From an uncultured Planctomycetaceae bacterium (lineage in GTDB: Bacteria > Planctomycetota > Planctomycetia > Isosphaerales > Isosphaeraceae): 64,000 bases of DNA. The DNA lies in assembly GCA_963833985.1 (NCBI GenBank), contig CAWIAD010000002.1, forward strand, positions 5,920,001-5,984,000, given 5' to 3'. The position numbers were made by a program, and so were the translations under genes. Under the pieces are notes generated by a model that had not been told where the DNA came from, searched no databases, and worked only from the letters and a program-made list of their open reading frames with translations. Of the stretch, positions 42,903 through 53,611 are shown one piece after another. Position 1 is the stretch's first letter; the number at the start of each line of letters is the position of its first letter.

Positions 42903-45478
42903 ATGAACATCAAGATACCCAACCTCAGCCTTGTCATCCTGGTTGGCCCCAGCGGGTCGGGCAAGAGCACGTTCGCCCGCAGGCACTTCAGGCCCACCGA
43001 GGTCCTCTCGTCCGACGCCTGCCGGGGGATGGTCTCGGACGAGGAGAACGACCAGACCGTCACGAAGGACGCCTTCGAGGTGCTCCGGTTCATCGCCGGG
43101 AAGCGGCTCGCCCTGGGGCGGTTCACCGTGATCGACGCCACCAGCGTCCAGCCCGAGGCGCGCAAGCCGCTCGTGGAACTGGCACGTCAGTATCACGTGC
43201 TGCCCGTGGCGATCGTGCTCGACCTCCCGGAGCGAACTTGCCAGGAGCGTAATGCCGGGCGCAGTGACCGCGGTTTTGGCCCCCACGTCATCCGCAACCA
43301 GAAGTCCGACCTGCGGCGCGGGCTCGGGGGGCTCCAGCGTGAGGGCTTCCGTCACGTTTACGTGCTCAAGACGCCCGAGGAGGTGGAAGCCGCAGCGGTC
43401 GAACGGGTGCCGCTCTGGAACGACCGGCGGGACCAGCACGGGCCCTTCGATATCATTGGCGACGTCCATGGCTGCTACGACGAGCTGGAAGCATTGCTCA
43501 CCCGGCTCGGGTATTCCCACACCGGTCCAGCAGGCGCATGGTCGCATTCCGGCGGCCGGAAGCTCGTGTTTCTGGGCGACCTCGTCGACCGCGGCCCGCG
43601 CATTCCGGAGACGGTTCGCCTGGTCCTGGATAGCGTGCGGGCCGGCTCGGCCCTGTGTGTTCCCGGCAATCACGATGTCAAGTTCATGCGTGCGGTCTGG
43701 GGAAAGAACGTCCAGATCACACACGGACTCGCGGACTCGCTGAGCCAGTTCCAGGCCTACGAAGAGCACTATCACGGCTTCAGCCGCGTGGCGGCCGACT
43801 TCATCGACGGCCTGGTGAGCCACTACGTCCTGGACGACGGCAAGCTCGTCGTCGCCCACGCCGGGATGAAGGAGGAGATGCAAGGCCGGGGTTCGGCGAA
43901 GGTCCGTGATTTCGCCCTTTACGGCGAGACGACCGGTGAGACCGATGAGTTCGGACTACCGGTGCGGTTCGACTGGGCATCAGATTACCGGGGCCGGGCG
44001 ATGGTTGTCTACGGCCACACGCCCGTGCCCGAGCCCGACTGGCTCAACCGCACGGTGAACATCGACACCGGCTGCGTCTTCGGCGGCAGGCTCACGGCCC
44101 TCCGTTACCCGGAGAACGAGTTCGTGTCCGTGCCGGCCGCGCGGACCTACTGCGAACCGGCCCGGCCATTCCTTGCTCCCGAGCAGCAGGCGCCCGCTCT
44201 GTCGGCCCAGCAAGTCCACGACGAGGTGCTCGACGCCGAGGACGTGCTCGGCAAGCGAATCATCCCGACCCGGCTGCGCGGGAATGTCACGATCCGGGAG
44301 GAGAACGCCACCGCGGCGCTCGAGGTGATGAGCCGGTTCGCCGCCGACCCGAGGTGGCTAATCTATCTGCCCCCGACCATGTCGCCGTGCGAGACCAGCC
44401 GGGCCGAGGGCCTGCTGGAGCACCCGGCCGAGGCGTTCGCCTACTACCGCAACGAGGCAGCCCCGCAGGTCATCTGCGAGGAGAAGCACATGGGCTCCCG
44501 CGCCGTGGTCGTGGTGTGCCGTGATGAGCGGGCCGCACGGCAGCGGTTCGGCGTGACGACCGGCGAATCCGGAATCGTGGTCACCCGCACGGGGCGCCGG
44601 TTTTTCCATGACGACGACCTGGAGCGGTCGTTTCTCGACCGCGTGCGGGGGCGCTCACCGCCGCCGGCCTGTGGGAGAAGCTGGACACGACCTGGGCGTG
44701 CCTGGACTGCGAGCTGCTGCCGTGGTCGGCCAAGGCCCAGGAGCTGCTGCGAACCCAGTACGCCGCCGTGGGGGCAGCGGGCTCAGCGTCGCTGCCACAA
44801 GCTGTCCTGGCCCTCGCGGAGACAGGTCGACGTCTTGAAGGTGAGGAGCGGGCGAAGCTCGCCGAGATCGAGGTCCGGTTTCGGGTGAAGGAGCAAGGCA
44901 TTGACCTGTTCGTGGCCGCCTACCGGCAGTACTGCTGGACAGTCGAAAGGCTCACCGACCTGAAGCTGGCCCCGTTTCACCTGCTCGCCACGGAGGCGCG
45001 CGTCCATACGGACAAGGACCACCTCTGGCACATGACCACGCTGGCCGAGGCTTGCCAGGCCGACCCCGAATTGTTGCTGGCGACCCGGTACCGGCTGGTG
45101 GAATTGACCGACCAGGCGAGCCAGGACGAAGCGATCGCCTGGTGGCACGAGCACACGGGACGGGGCGGTGAGGGAATGGTCGTGAAGCCCCTGTCGTTCA
45201 TCCACCGGGGTCGCCGCGGCCTGAGCCAGCCCGCCGTGAAGTGCCGCGGGCGCGAGTACCTGCGGATCATCTACGGTCCCGACTACACGACCGGCGAGAA
45301 CCTGGAGCGCCTGAGCTCACGCGGCCTGGGCCGCAAGCGGACGCTCGCCCTCGGTGAGTTCGCCCTGGGCATCGAGGGTCTGGAGCGGTTCGTGCGTGGC
45401 GAACCCCTGCGCAGGGTCCACGAGTGCGTCTTCGGCGTGCTGGCCCTGGAGAGCGAGCCCGTTGATCCGAGGTTGTAG
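42903..45478 (+). CDS. pnkp: Polynucleotide kinase-phosphatase-ligase Pnkp; frameshift near 44650
   Basis: Kinase GPSGSGKS. Phosphoesterase GDVHG, GDLVDRG, GNHD and IDTG. Ligase EEKHMGSR, EGMVVKP and C-terminal ALESEPVDPRL. Confidence 0.95.
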
Positions 45479-45635
45479 CGAGGGACAGAGCATGGCGGCA
45501 AAAAGCCTCAAGCTCAAGGCAGTACGGCTCTGCTGATTCGCAATTCGCAAAGCCCATCCAGGGTTCGGTTGCCAGAGGGCTGGACTCAATATACCGTGGG
45601 ACTGCCGCAGTTCGAGACGGAGACGGGAGGATCCT

Positions 45636-45806
45636 ATGCCCAGAAGCGTTCCCAGTTCAGGCAAGAAGGTTCGTCCGAAGACCGCCGTGAAGGGTAAGCG
45701 GTATCTCTGCGCCGTCTGCCGCAAGCGAAGCCCCAAAGCCGTCAAGACGCCCGCCCCGTGGTACTGCCCGAAGTGCCGCGCCGAACGAGAACCGCAAACG
45801 TCATGA
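45636..45806 (+). CDS. 56-aa basic zinc-ribbon microprotein (absent from the ORF track)
   Basis: GGAGG-N5-ATG. Translation is MPRSVPSSGKKVRPKTAVKGKRYLCAVCRKRSPKAVKTPAPWYCPKCRAEREPQTS. ATGA overlap with the next gene. Confidence 0.65.
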   Translation: MPRSVPSSGKKVRPKTAVKGKRYLCAVCRKRSPKAVKTPAPWYCPKCRAEREPQTS

Positions 45807-46261
45807 CAATCCTCTTCCTGCACGGCTGGACCTCGGTGCCGGGCGGCGTCAAGCCGACGTACCTGGCGTCGCACGGGCACGCCGTCATCAACCCGAAACT
45901 CCCCGACGAGGACTTCCCTGAGGCCGTCCGCATCGCCCAGGCCGCGTTCGACGACCACCAGCCGCAGGCCGTCGTGGGGTCGAGCCGTGGCGGCGCTGTG
46001 GCCATGAACATCCGCACTGGCGATGCGAGGCTGGTCTTGCTCTGTCCGGCGTGGAAGCGCTGGGGTACGGCCAGCACGGTGAAGCCCGGCACGGTCATCC
46101 TCCACAGCAGGGCCGACGACGTCGTGCCGTTCCTGGACTCGGAGCAACTGGTGAGGAACAGTGGGTTGCCAGCCTCGGCGCTCATCGAGGTGGGCACGGA
46201 TCACCGGCTGGCCGAGCCCGAGCCGCTCGCCGGGATGCTCAGGGCCTGCGAGTCAGCGTGA
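45803..46261 (+). CDS. Small alpha/beta hydrolase (YqiA/UPF0227-like)
   Basis: LHGW, GSSRGG nucleophile elbow, DDVVP and DH motifs. Confidence 0.85.
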   Translation: MTILFLHGWTSVPGGVKPTYLASHGHAVINPKLPDEDFPEAVRIAQAAFDDHQPQAVVGSSRGGAVAMNIRTGDARLVLLCPAWKRWGTASTVKPGTVILHSRADDVVPFLDSEQLVRNSGLPASALIEVGTDHRLAEPEPLAGMLRACESA

Positions 46262-46305
46262 AGCTTCAGGAATCATCGTTCCTTGCCGCGTAAGGGGTTG
46301 CCGGT

Positions 46306-46935
46306 ATGTCCGGAGAATCCGACAGTCTCAACGGTTCCATCACGTGCTGGATTGGAGACCTGAAAAGCGGGGGCACGGCAGCGGCCCAACCTCTCTGGGA
46401 TCGCTACTTCACCCGGCTGGTTCAGCTCGCCCGTGGACATCTTCGAAGAGTTCGTACCAAGGCCGTCGTCGAAGACGAGGAGGATGCGGCCCTCAGCGCC
46501 TTCGAGAGTTTCTGCGATGGCATCACCCGCGGCCGGTTCTCTTCCCTGTGCGATCGCGACGATCTTTGGCGGCTCTTGGTCGTGATCACGATACGCAAGG
46601 TGCAGGACCAGCTCGAGCGCGCGCGTGCCGCGAAGCGCGGGGGTGGCAAGGTGGTCTCCGAGGCGGCGCTGATGCTGGACGGGGACAGTGAGGAAGCCGG
46701 ATTGCTCGACCTGCTCACGGGCGACGAGCCAGGCCCGGAGCTCGCTGCCATGGTTGCCGAGGAGTACCGGCTGCTGCATGACCGGCTCGCCAACGACACG
46801 CTCCGCCAGGTGCTCGATCTGCGGCTCGAGGGCTATACCCGCGACGAGATTGCCGCGCGGCTGGGATGTGCCCAGAGGACCGTGGCGCGCAAGCTCGAGA
46901 TCATCCGGCAAGAGTGGCTCGGCGACGAGGCATGA
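46306..46935 (+). CDS. Planctomycete-type ECF sigma factor
   Basis: LWDRYF.RL..LAR, DEEDAALSAF.SF, DLWRLL and C-terminal HTH EIAARLGCAQRTV.RKL. Confidence 0.88.
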   Translation: MSGESDSLNGSITCWIGDLKSGGTAAAQPLWDRYFTRLVQLARGHLRRVRTKAVVEDEEDAALSAFESFCDGITRGRFSSLCDRDDLWRLLVVITIRKVQDQLERARAAKRGGGKVVSEAALMLDGDSEEAGLLDLLTGDEPGPELAAMVAEEYRLLHDRLANDTLRQVLDLRLEGYTRDEIAARLGCAQRTVARKLEIIRQEWLGDEA

Positions 46936-47141
46936 CGCCAGGCCGGAGCCGGCTGTCTCCGCCCCGCGCCGCGCTGAGCACGTCCCGGGCAAGGGCGTCC
47001 CTCTGTAGAACTGCCTCGCGCAGCCAGAAGAGCGCCTGCTCGGCGAGGTGGTCCCTCTCGCTCTGGTCGGGGCATCAACGGCGGACTGCTGTTCAAGGTC
47101 CACGATCGATGGATTCCCGATCGACCCGGTGTACGAGGTGA

Positions 47142-50100
47142 TCAGACTGCTTCGGGTTCGTCCGCCGCCGGCTCCGATGCACGGCCCGCGTAGAGCAACC
47201 AGTAAGTGACCGGAATCACGAACAGGGTGAAGATGGTCGAGGCGACCAGCCCGAAGATGAGCGACCAGGCCAGTCCGGAGAAGATCGGGTCGAGCGTGAT
47301 GGGGATGCTCGAGAGCATGGCCGCGCTGGCGGTCAGGAGGATGGGCCGCAAGCGAACCACGCGGCTCTCCATGATGGCGTCGAAGAGCGACCGTCCCCGC
47401 GCCACCGACTGGTGGATGAAGTCAACCAGGATGATCGAGTCCCGCGTGACGATCCCCGCCAGGGCGATCATGCCGATCATGGCCGTGGCGGTGAAGAAGA
47501 CCGGGTCCGCGAAGCCGCCGACGGTCTGCCCGGACATGCGGTTGAGCAGCCAGAATCCAGGCATGACGCCGAGGACCGTGAGAGGAATGGCCAGCATGAC
47601 CACGAGCGGTACGACGAAGGAGTTCGTCTGGGCGACGAGGATCACGTAGATCATCAGCATCGCCGCGCCGAAGGCCAGGCCAAGGTCGCGAAAGACGTCG
47701 ATGGTGATCTTCCACTCCCCTTCGCCGGCGAACTCGACGCGCGTGCCCTCCGGCACCGACCAGGCAACGCCCCCGCCGTTCTGGAAGTAATTCCGCTGCT
47801 CCAGCGGCCGCGGCTGCGCATCGGCCACCCATCCCTGGGACTCCGTCCCGGCGGGTTTCCGGTCGAAGGTGACATCAAGGACGCACTCGGCAGGCGGCCG
47901 GCCAGCGGTCTCGGCGAACACGTAGGCCACGCGCTGAAGGTTCTTGTGGTAAATCGTCTGGTCCACCCTCCGGTCCTGCCAGCGGCCGATCTCGGCGAGT
48001 GCGACCATGTGGCCGGTCCGGCCCTTGACCCGGATCGTGGAGAGGTCCTCGGCACTCGAGCGAATCGCCCGCGGCAGCCGCAGCTCGATGGCCAGAGGGT
48101 TACGTTCCCCCTTGAGCCGGACTGTACCCGCGCTGCGCCGCCGAGCACCATCTGGAGCGTATGCGCCACCTGTTCGACCGAGACGCCGTTCAGCGCGGCT
48201 TTCTCCTGGTCCGCCACGAAGACGAGCGTGGGAGCGGCCGCCTCGACGGTGTCGTCAATCTCGATCACCCCGGGCTCCTTGCTCAGGCGCCGCGCGACCG
48301 TCCCGGCGGCCGAGATCAACTCGGGGTACGTCTGGTCCATGCGCCCGTAGATTTCCGCCACGATGGAGGAGAGCACCGGAGGGCCGGGCGGCAGCTCGAC
48401 AATCTTCACGCGTGCGCCATGCTTTTCGGCAATCCGCGTGAACGGCTCGTGCAGCCGCAGGGCCAGGGCGTGGCTCTGGGCGGAGCGCTGCTTCTTGGCA
48501 ACGAGGTTGACCCGGATCTCCGCCTGGTGCGGCATCTGCCGCAGGTAATAGTGGCGCACCAGGCCGTTGAAATCCATCGGGCTGGACACGCCCACGTAGC
48601 TCGTGAAATTGGTCACCTCGGGAACGCGGGCGAGCTCCGATTCGATCTCCTGCACAACCACGTTCGAGCGCTCGAGCGTGGTGCCCTCGTCGCAGTCGAG
48701 CACCACCAGAAGCTCGTTCTTGTTGTCGAACGGCAGCATCTTCAGGGGCACGGACCGCATGGCCGCCAGGCCCATCGCGGCGACGGTCAGGACGCCGATG
48801 AACAGCAGGAAGGCCGCGGCCGTGAGCCGCGAGTGCAGCAGGGGCTTCATCAAGGGATAAAAGATCTTGTACAGCCGGGTCTGGCGAATGGCGTCCGGGT
48901 CGTCGGGATCATGGCCGTGATGCCCGCCCTCGCCCCCGTGCTGGAACTTGCGGTGCAGCACCTGGTAGGCCATCCACGGCGTGATGGTGAAGGCGACGAC
49001 CATCGACATCAGCATGGCCACGGGCACGTTGAGCGCCATGGGGGCCATGTACGGGCCCATCATGCCGGTGATGAAGAACATCGGCAGGAAGCTGACGATC
49101 ACCGCCAGCGTGGCACTGATCAGGGGAGGCCGGATCTCGGCCACGGCTTCGAGCACGACATCGCGGGTGGCCCTGCCGCGCATGGCGAAGTGCCGGGCGA
49201 TGTTCTCGACGTCCACGATGGGGTCGTCCACGAGCAGGCCGAGCGAGAGGATCAGCGCGAAGAGCGTGACACGGTTGATGGTGTACCCGAAGAGCAGGTT
49301 CACTCCCAGCGTCAGCCCGAAGACGACCGGCACGGCCACCGCCACGATGAACGCCTCGCGCCAGCCCAGGCTCAGGGTCAAGAGCGCGACGACGATGAGG
49401 ATGGCGACCCAGAGGCCCTCGACCAGCTCGTTGACCTTGTCGTCGGCGGTCAGTCCGGAGTTGCGCGTGATGACCATTTCCACATCGGCCGGCACGACGT
49501 CGTTGCGCAGCTCTGCGGCCGCCTGGAGGACGGTCCGCGCCACGGCCACGGCGTTGGTCCCTTTCTGCTTGGCGATGGCGATCGTCACGGCCGGCTGCGT
49601 GACCGCCAGGGACGGATCGCCAGGGACGGGGTTGGGCTCGTGGCCCTGGCCCTCCGGCTCGATCCGTGTGCCCGTCGCGCCGTGTTCCGCTTCCAGGCCT
49701 CGGGCCGGTCCCCAGCCATGGCGAACATAGGTGACCACCTCGGCGGGGCCGTCGCGCAGGGACGCGACGTCCTTGAGGAATACGGGCCTGTCCTGGTACA
49801 CGCCGACCACCAGCTCCGGCAGTTGCTCGGGGCGTTCGATGACCATTCCCGCCCGCACCTGGAAAAGCGCGTCATTGCGCGTGAAGCTCCCCGCCGGCAG
49901 CACGACGTTTGCGCCCTGGAGCGCTTGCTGGACGTCCAGCGGACTGATGCCGTGGGCCTGGAGCCGCTCGGGGTCGAGATCGACGCGCAGCATCCTGGGC
50001 TCGCCGCCGACCACGTAGGCCCGGGAAACGTTGGAAAGGGCGGCCAGGCGCTGAACCACCTCCTCGCCGATCCGTCGCAGTGCGTGGCTGCCCTGGCTCT

Positions 50101-50581
50101 GGCTCGTGAGCGCAAGCGTGACGACGGGGACGTCGTCAATCTCCACGGGCTTCACAACCCAGCCAGTCACGCCGGGCGGGACGGTGTCCTGGCTCTCATC
50201 GAGTTTCTTGAACAGCTTGACCAGGCTGCGCTCCCGGTCCTGCCCCACGTAGAACCTCACCGTGATGATGGCCTGGTTCTCGCGGGCCATGCTATAAACG
50301 TATTCCACGCCGTCGATCTGGTAGAGGATCTTCTCCAGCGGCGTGGCGACGAGCTGTTCCACCTGGTCGGCGGCAAGCCCCGGAGCGTTGACCATCACAT
50401 CGGCCATCGGCACCACGATCTGCGGGTCTTCCTCACGCGGGGTGACGAGCAAGGCAGCCACGCCGATGAGCAGCGAGACGATGATGAGGATGATCGAGAA
50501 GTTGGTGTTGAGGAACTGGTGGACGATGCCGTTCAAGAAATCGTGCTTGCCGTGAGCCGGCGTCGGCTCCTGCTGGCTCAT
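47142..50581 (-). CDS. AcrB/AcrD/AcrF-family RND permease; frameshift near 48135
   Basis: TPREEDPQI, GLLVDDPIV, then GMIALAGIV.R.SI and RLRPILLT in the second frame. Confidence 0.9.
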
Positions 50582-51719
50582 GATCGACCCTCCGGGTTGG
50601 CGGCCCGCCGCGGCACGACCACGCGCTCGCCGGCCCGCAGCCCGGAAAGCACCTCGCGGCCTTCCGGCAGGGACCTGCCAAGCTGGACGACGTGGCGGCG
50701 GACCTGGCCGTCCTCAACGACATCGACCTCATCAAGCTGGCCCACCTGGCGCACGGCCGCCCTGGGAACGACGATGACTTCCTCCTCGCCGATGGGGATG
50801 AAGATGCGGCCAAACATGCCGCTGTAGACATTCGGCGGGCACGGCCCGGTGACCTTCACCTGGAACGACCGGCTGTCGGCCTGCGCCTCGGGGACGATCT
50901 CCGAGATCGTCGCATGGCAGTCGAGGTCCAGGGCGTCAAGGCGGGCAGCCACCTTCTGGCCGACCTCCAGCCCCATCGCCAACGACTCGCGCACCGTGGC
51001 CACCATCTGCATCTGCTGGCGATCGTACATGGTCAGAAGCGGCTGTCCCGGGCTGACCGTGTCGCCGGGATTGACTTTCTTGTCGACGACCACCCCGGCA
51101 ATCGGCGCGTGAATGACGGCGTAGCCCTGAAAGATCTGGGCTTCCTTGACGGCTTGCTGGGCACGCTCCAGCTCGGCCCTGGCGGCAAGGTACGCCGTGT
51201 TCGCTTGCTCCAGCTCCTGCTGTGCGATGGAATTGACGGCGCGGAGCCGGCGGGACCGCTCGACGTCGATCCGCGCCTGGTTCAACTTCGCGTTGGCCCC
51301 CGATTCGGCCGCCTCGGCCTGCTGCAACCGCGCGTGCAGGTCGGCGTCGTCGAGCACGACGACCTCGTCTCCCTGCTGCACGGTCTGCCCGGCCTTCACC
51401 TTCACCTCCTTGACGCGCGCCAGGATCTTGGATGCGACGACCGCCTCATGGAGGGCGCGGATGGTGCCCACCGCTGATTCGGTCCTGGGCCGCCTGGTGC
51501 GCTTCACCTCCAGGGTTTGCAGGTCGGCGAGCACGGCCCGGCGGCCGCCCCCGCTGAGTCCGGCTGGACCTTGGGTACGAAGCGGCCGGCGAGGCTCATC
51601 ATCATGTAGATGATCCCCGCCGTGAAAGCCAGCGCCATGAACACGGTGCCGAGCCAGCGCAGGCTTCTTCTCGGGTACCTCGTTGCGGCAGCGGTCGGCT
51701 CGGATTGGGCTGTGGTCAT
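50578..51719 (-). CDS. RND membrane-fusion protein; frameshift near 51545
   Basis: TM anchor (MTTAQ...FMALAFTAGIIY) in one frame. Lipoyl/hairpin motifs VKAGQ.V and I.API.GVV in the other. Confidence 0.85.
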
Positions 51720-51747
51720 ATGCCGGCTCCTGACAACAGTATGCCGC

Positions 51748-52170
51748 TCACTTCGCACTCCTGGGAAACCCGGCGGCAAGCAGGTCGCGGTAACCGACGC
51801 GCAGCGCCCGGGAGTCAAAGCCCAGCTTCCGGAAGATTTCCCCCGCGGGCACTGCCCGGCCGCCCGCCGCACAGTGACAGTAGACGATCGTCCCCTTCGG
51901 AATCAGCGTCTCGAGCTTGGCCCGCTGCGCCTGGGGAATGCCGTTCTGCTCCCATTCGGTGAGCAGGCTGAGGGGGATCAGCAGGGCACCTTCCAGATGG
52001 CCCCGGTCCCACTCCGATTTCTCGCGCACGTCCACGAGCACGGCGTGCTTCGCTTGAACGCTGGTCTTCACCTGGCTCAAGGGCTCGGCCGAATGCTGCG
52101 CTCCACGCACCGCGACAACAACCCCCAGCATGATCATCACCCCCAGCCCGCTCATACCCACATTCCGCAT
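51748..52170 (-). CDS. Exported rhodanese-domain protein
   Basis: Signal-like N-terminus, VDVRE.SEW..GH..GA and HCAAGGRA. Confidence 0.85.
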   Translation of the reverse strand: MRNVGMSGLGVMIMLGVVVAVRGAQHSAEPLSQVKTSVQAKHAVLVDVREKSEWDRGHLEGALLIPLSLLTEWEQNGIPQAQRAKLETLIPKGTIVYCHCAAGGRAVPAGEIFRKLGFDSRALRVGYRDLLAAGFPRSAK

Positions 52171-52234
52171 GACTCACTCCCTGTCGAGAAGACAGCAGAA
52201 CCACCTGTCCTGATCATCCCGCTTCCTTGCACCG

Positions 52235-52822
52235 TCAGGCTTGCTTGACCGCGCAACCCGGCTCATTCCGCCCTGCCTGGTTCCATGGCATCCGCGCGAT
52301 CAGCCATCCGAGCGGGCAGAAGCCCGTGACGCCCGCGAACACCAGACCGCAGCCCACGAAGCCCGCGAGCCAGAACCATTCCGGAGAGCCCAGCTCGCCC
52401 ATGGCAAACCCCGACAGAGCCATCGTTCCCGCCGTGACCTGCACCTGCCGGTCCAGGGGCAGCACCTTCTTGCCACGCGCCACAGGCAGACCGGCCTCGG
52501 CCCACGCCAGGGTGCCGCCCGTCACGTTCACCACGTTCGTGTAACCCGCCGCCAGAAACCTCGCGCAGGCCTTCTCGCTGCGCGTCCCTGTGCGGCAGAT
52601 GACGTAGAGCGGCTCGTCGCTGCCGAGCCTGCGCGTTTGCATGAACGTTCTCGGGTTCAGCTCATCGAGTGGTGCCACCGTGGCGATGGTCGCGTGCATC
52701 CCTCGGTATTCGGCCGGGGTCCGAACATCAATCAATTCGATCGGCTTGCCGCCCCGGTGCAGCTCGTGAAGCTGCTGCGGCCGGATACTCGCCATTCCGC
52801 TCGGACTTTCCATTGTTAGCAT
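52235..52822 (-). CDS. Rhodanese + DUF2892 membrane protein (YgaP-like)
   Basis: IDVRTPAEY, ICRTGTRS and GG..AW...GLP, then LDRQVQ...GLVFAG.TGFCP. Confidence 0.88.
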   Translation of the reverse strand: MLTMESPSGMASIRPQQLHELHRGGKPIELIDVRTPAEYRGMHATIATVAPLDELNPRTFMQTRRLGSDEPLYVICRTGTRSEKACARFLAAGYTNVVNVTGGTLAWAEAGLPVARGKKVLPLDRQVQVTAGTMALSGFAMGELGSPEWFWLAGFVGCGLVFAGVTGFCPLGWLIARMPWNQAGRNEPGCAVKQA

Positions 52823-52919
52823 TGTCGTCGCTTCTCCGCGTCGAAGCTGCATGCAAGCGCACTCCTGGTCCAGCACTTGCCAGAGCCTGAGACCCTACAG
52901 CAAGAGATCGGATAGGACT

Positions 52920-52959
52920 ACTATATTCCTTTAGCGTTATGTAGTCAACAACATGTTGA
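52920..52959 (-). promoter_or_regulatory. Sigma70-type promoter (TTGACT-N17-TATAGT) with overlapping operator palindrome TCAACA-N3-TGTTGA
   Basis: -35 at 52948-52943, -10 at 52925-52920 and inverted repeat at 52945-52959. It sits in an AT-rich patch upstream of the rhodanese-RND operon. Confidence 0.7.
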
Positions 52960-52990
52960 ACGAGATTCTCAGGGTGCGGGTCAAGCGCGC

Positions 52991-53611
52991 TCAATCCAGC
53001 AATGACGGTCTGCTGGCGGCAGCGGCGCCGGTGTCGTCCCACGACTCGGTTTCAAAGGCGTGCAGCTCGAAGTCTTGATCGGGGTAGGCGTCCGCGGGCA
53101 GGCCAGCCTTGCGGCGCAGGGCCTCCAGGAACTCCCCGGGCGTACGCAGGCCGAACCGCGCGGGGACTTCGGGCAGGAGCAGGCCGGAGCGCCGGCCCTG
53201 GACGATGAGCAGCCCGTGGCGGCCCAGGACGACCTCGTCCAGGCGGATCGGTTGGAGAGGCGTCAGGGCGCTGATGCGGATGGTCAGGTCCGGCAGTTCG
53301 TCCGCGGTGACGGTCTGGAACCGCAGGTCGTCGGTGGCCGTGGCAATCGCCTGCTGGACGGCGGACTCGATGAGCGGCCGGCTCGGCCGGCACTCGCCGC
53401 GGCAGCCGCGAAGCTCGCCCGAGTCGCGCCGGCGGAGCGTGACGAAGCTGCCGCGGTGCTCCAGCAGGCAAGGCGCGTCAGTCCGATAGCCGGGGCTCGC
53501 GCCGGACCGGAGATACTCACAGAGAGTGTTCCTGACGACCTCGAGCAGGAACCGCCGTTCTCGTGGGCCGATGGGGAGCATGATCCTGGGCCTTGCTTGT
53601 TCGTCGCTCAC
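52991..53611 (-). CDS. amrA: AMMECR1 / AmmeMemoRadiSam protein A
   Basis: GSFVTL...LRGC.G, D.RF..V, GRHGL and GLLLPEV...KAGL motifs. Confidence 0.85.
   Translation of the reverse strand: MSDEQARPRIMLPIGPRERRFLLEVVRNTLCEYLRSGASPGYRTDAPCLLEHRGSFVTLRRRDSGELRGCRGECRPSRPLIESAVQQAIATATDDLRFQTVTADELPDLTIRISALTPLQPIRLDEVVLGRHGLLIVQGRRSGLLLPEVPARFGLRTPGEFLEALRRKAGLPADAYPDQDFELHAFETESWDDTGAAAASRPSLLD

Noticed and set aside
44640..44660. Programmed frameshift splitting Pnkp
   Set aside because: It falls mid-ligase domain in a G run and matches the window-wide indel pattern.
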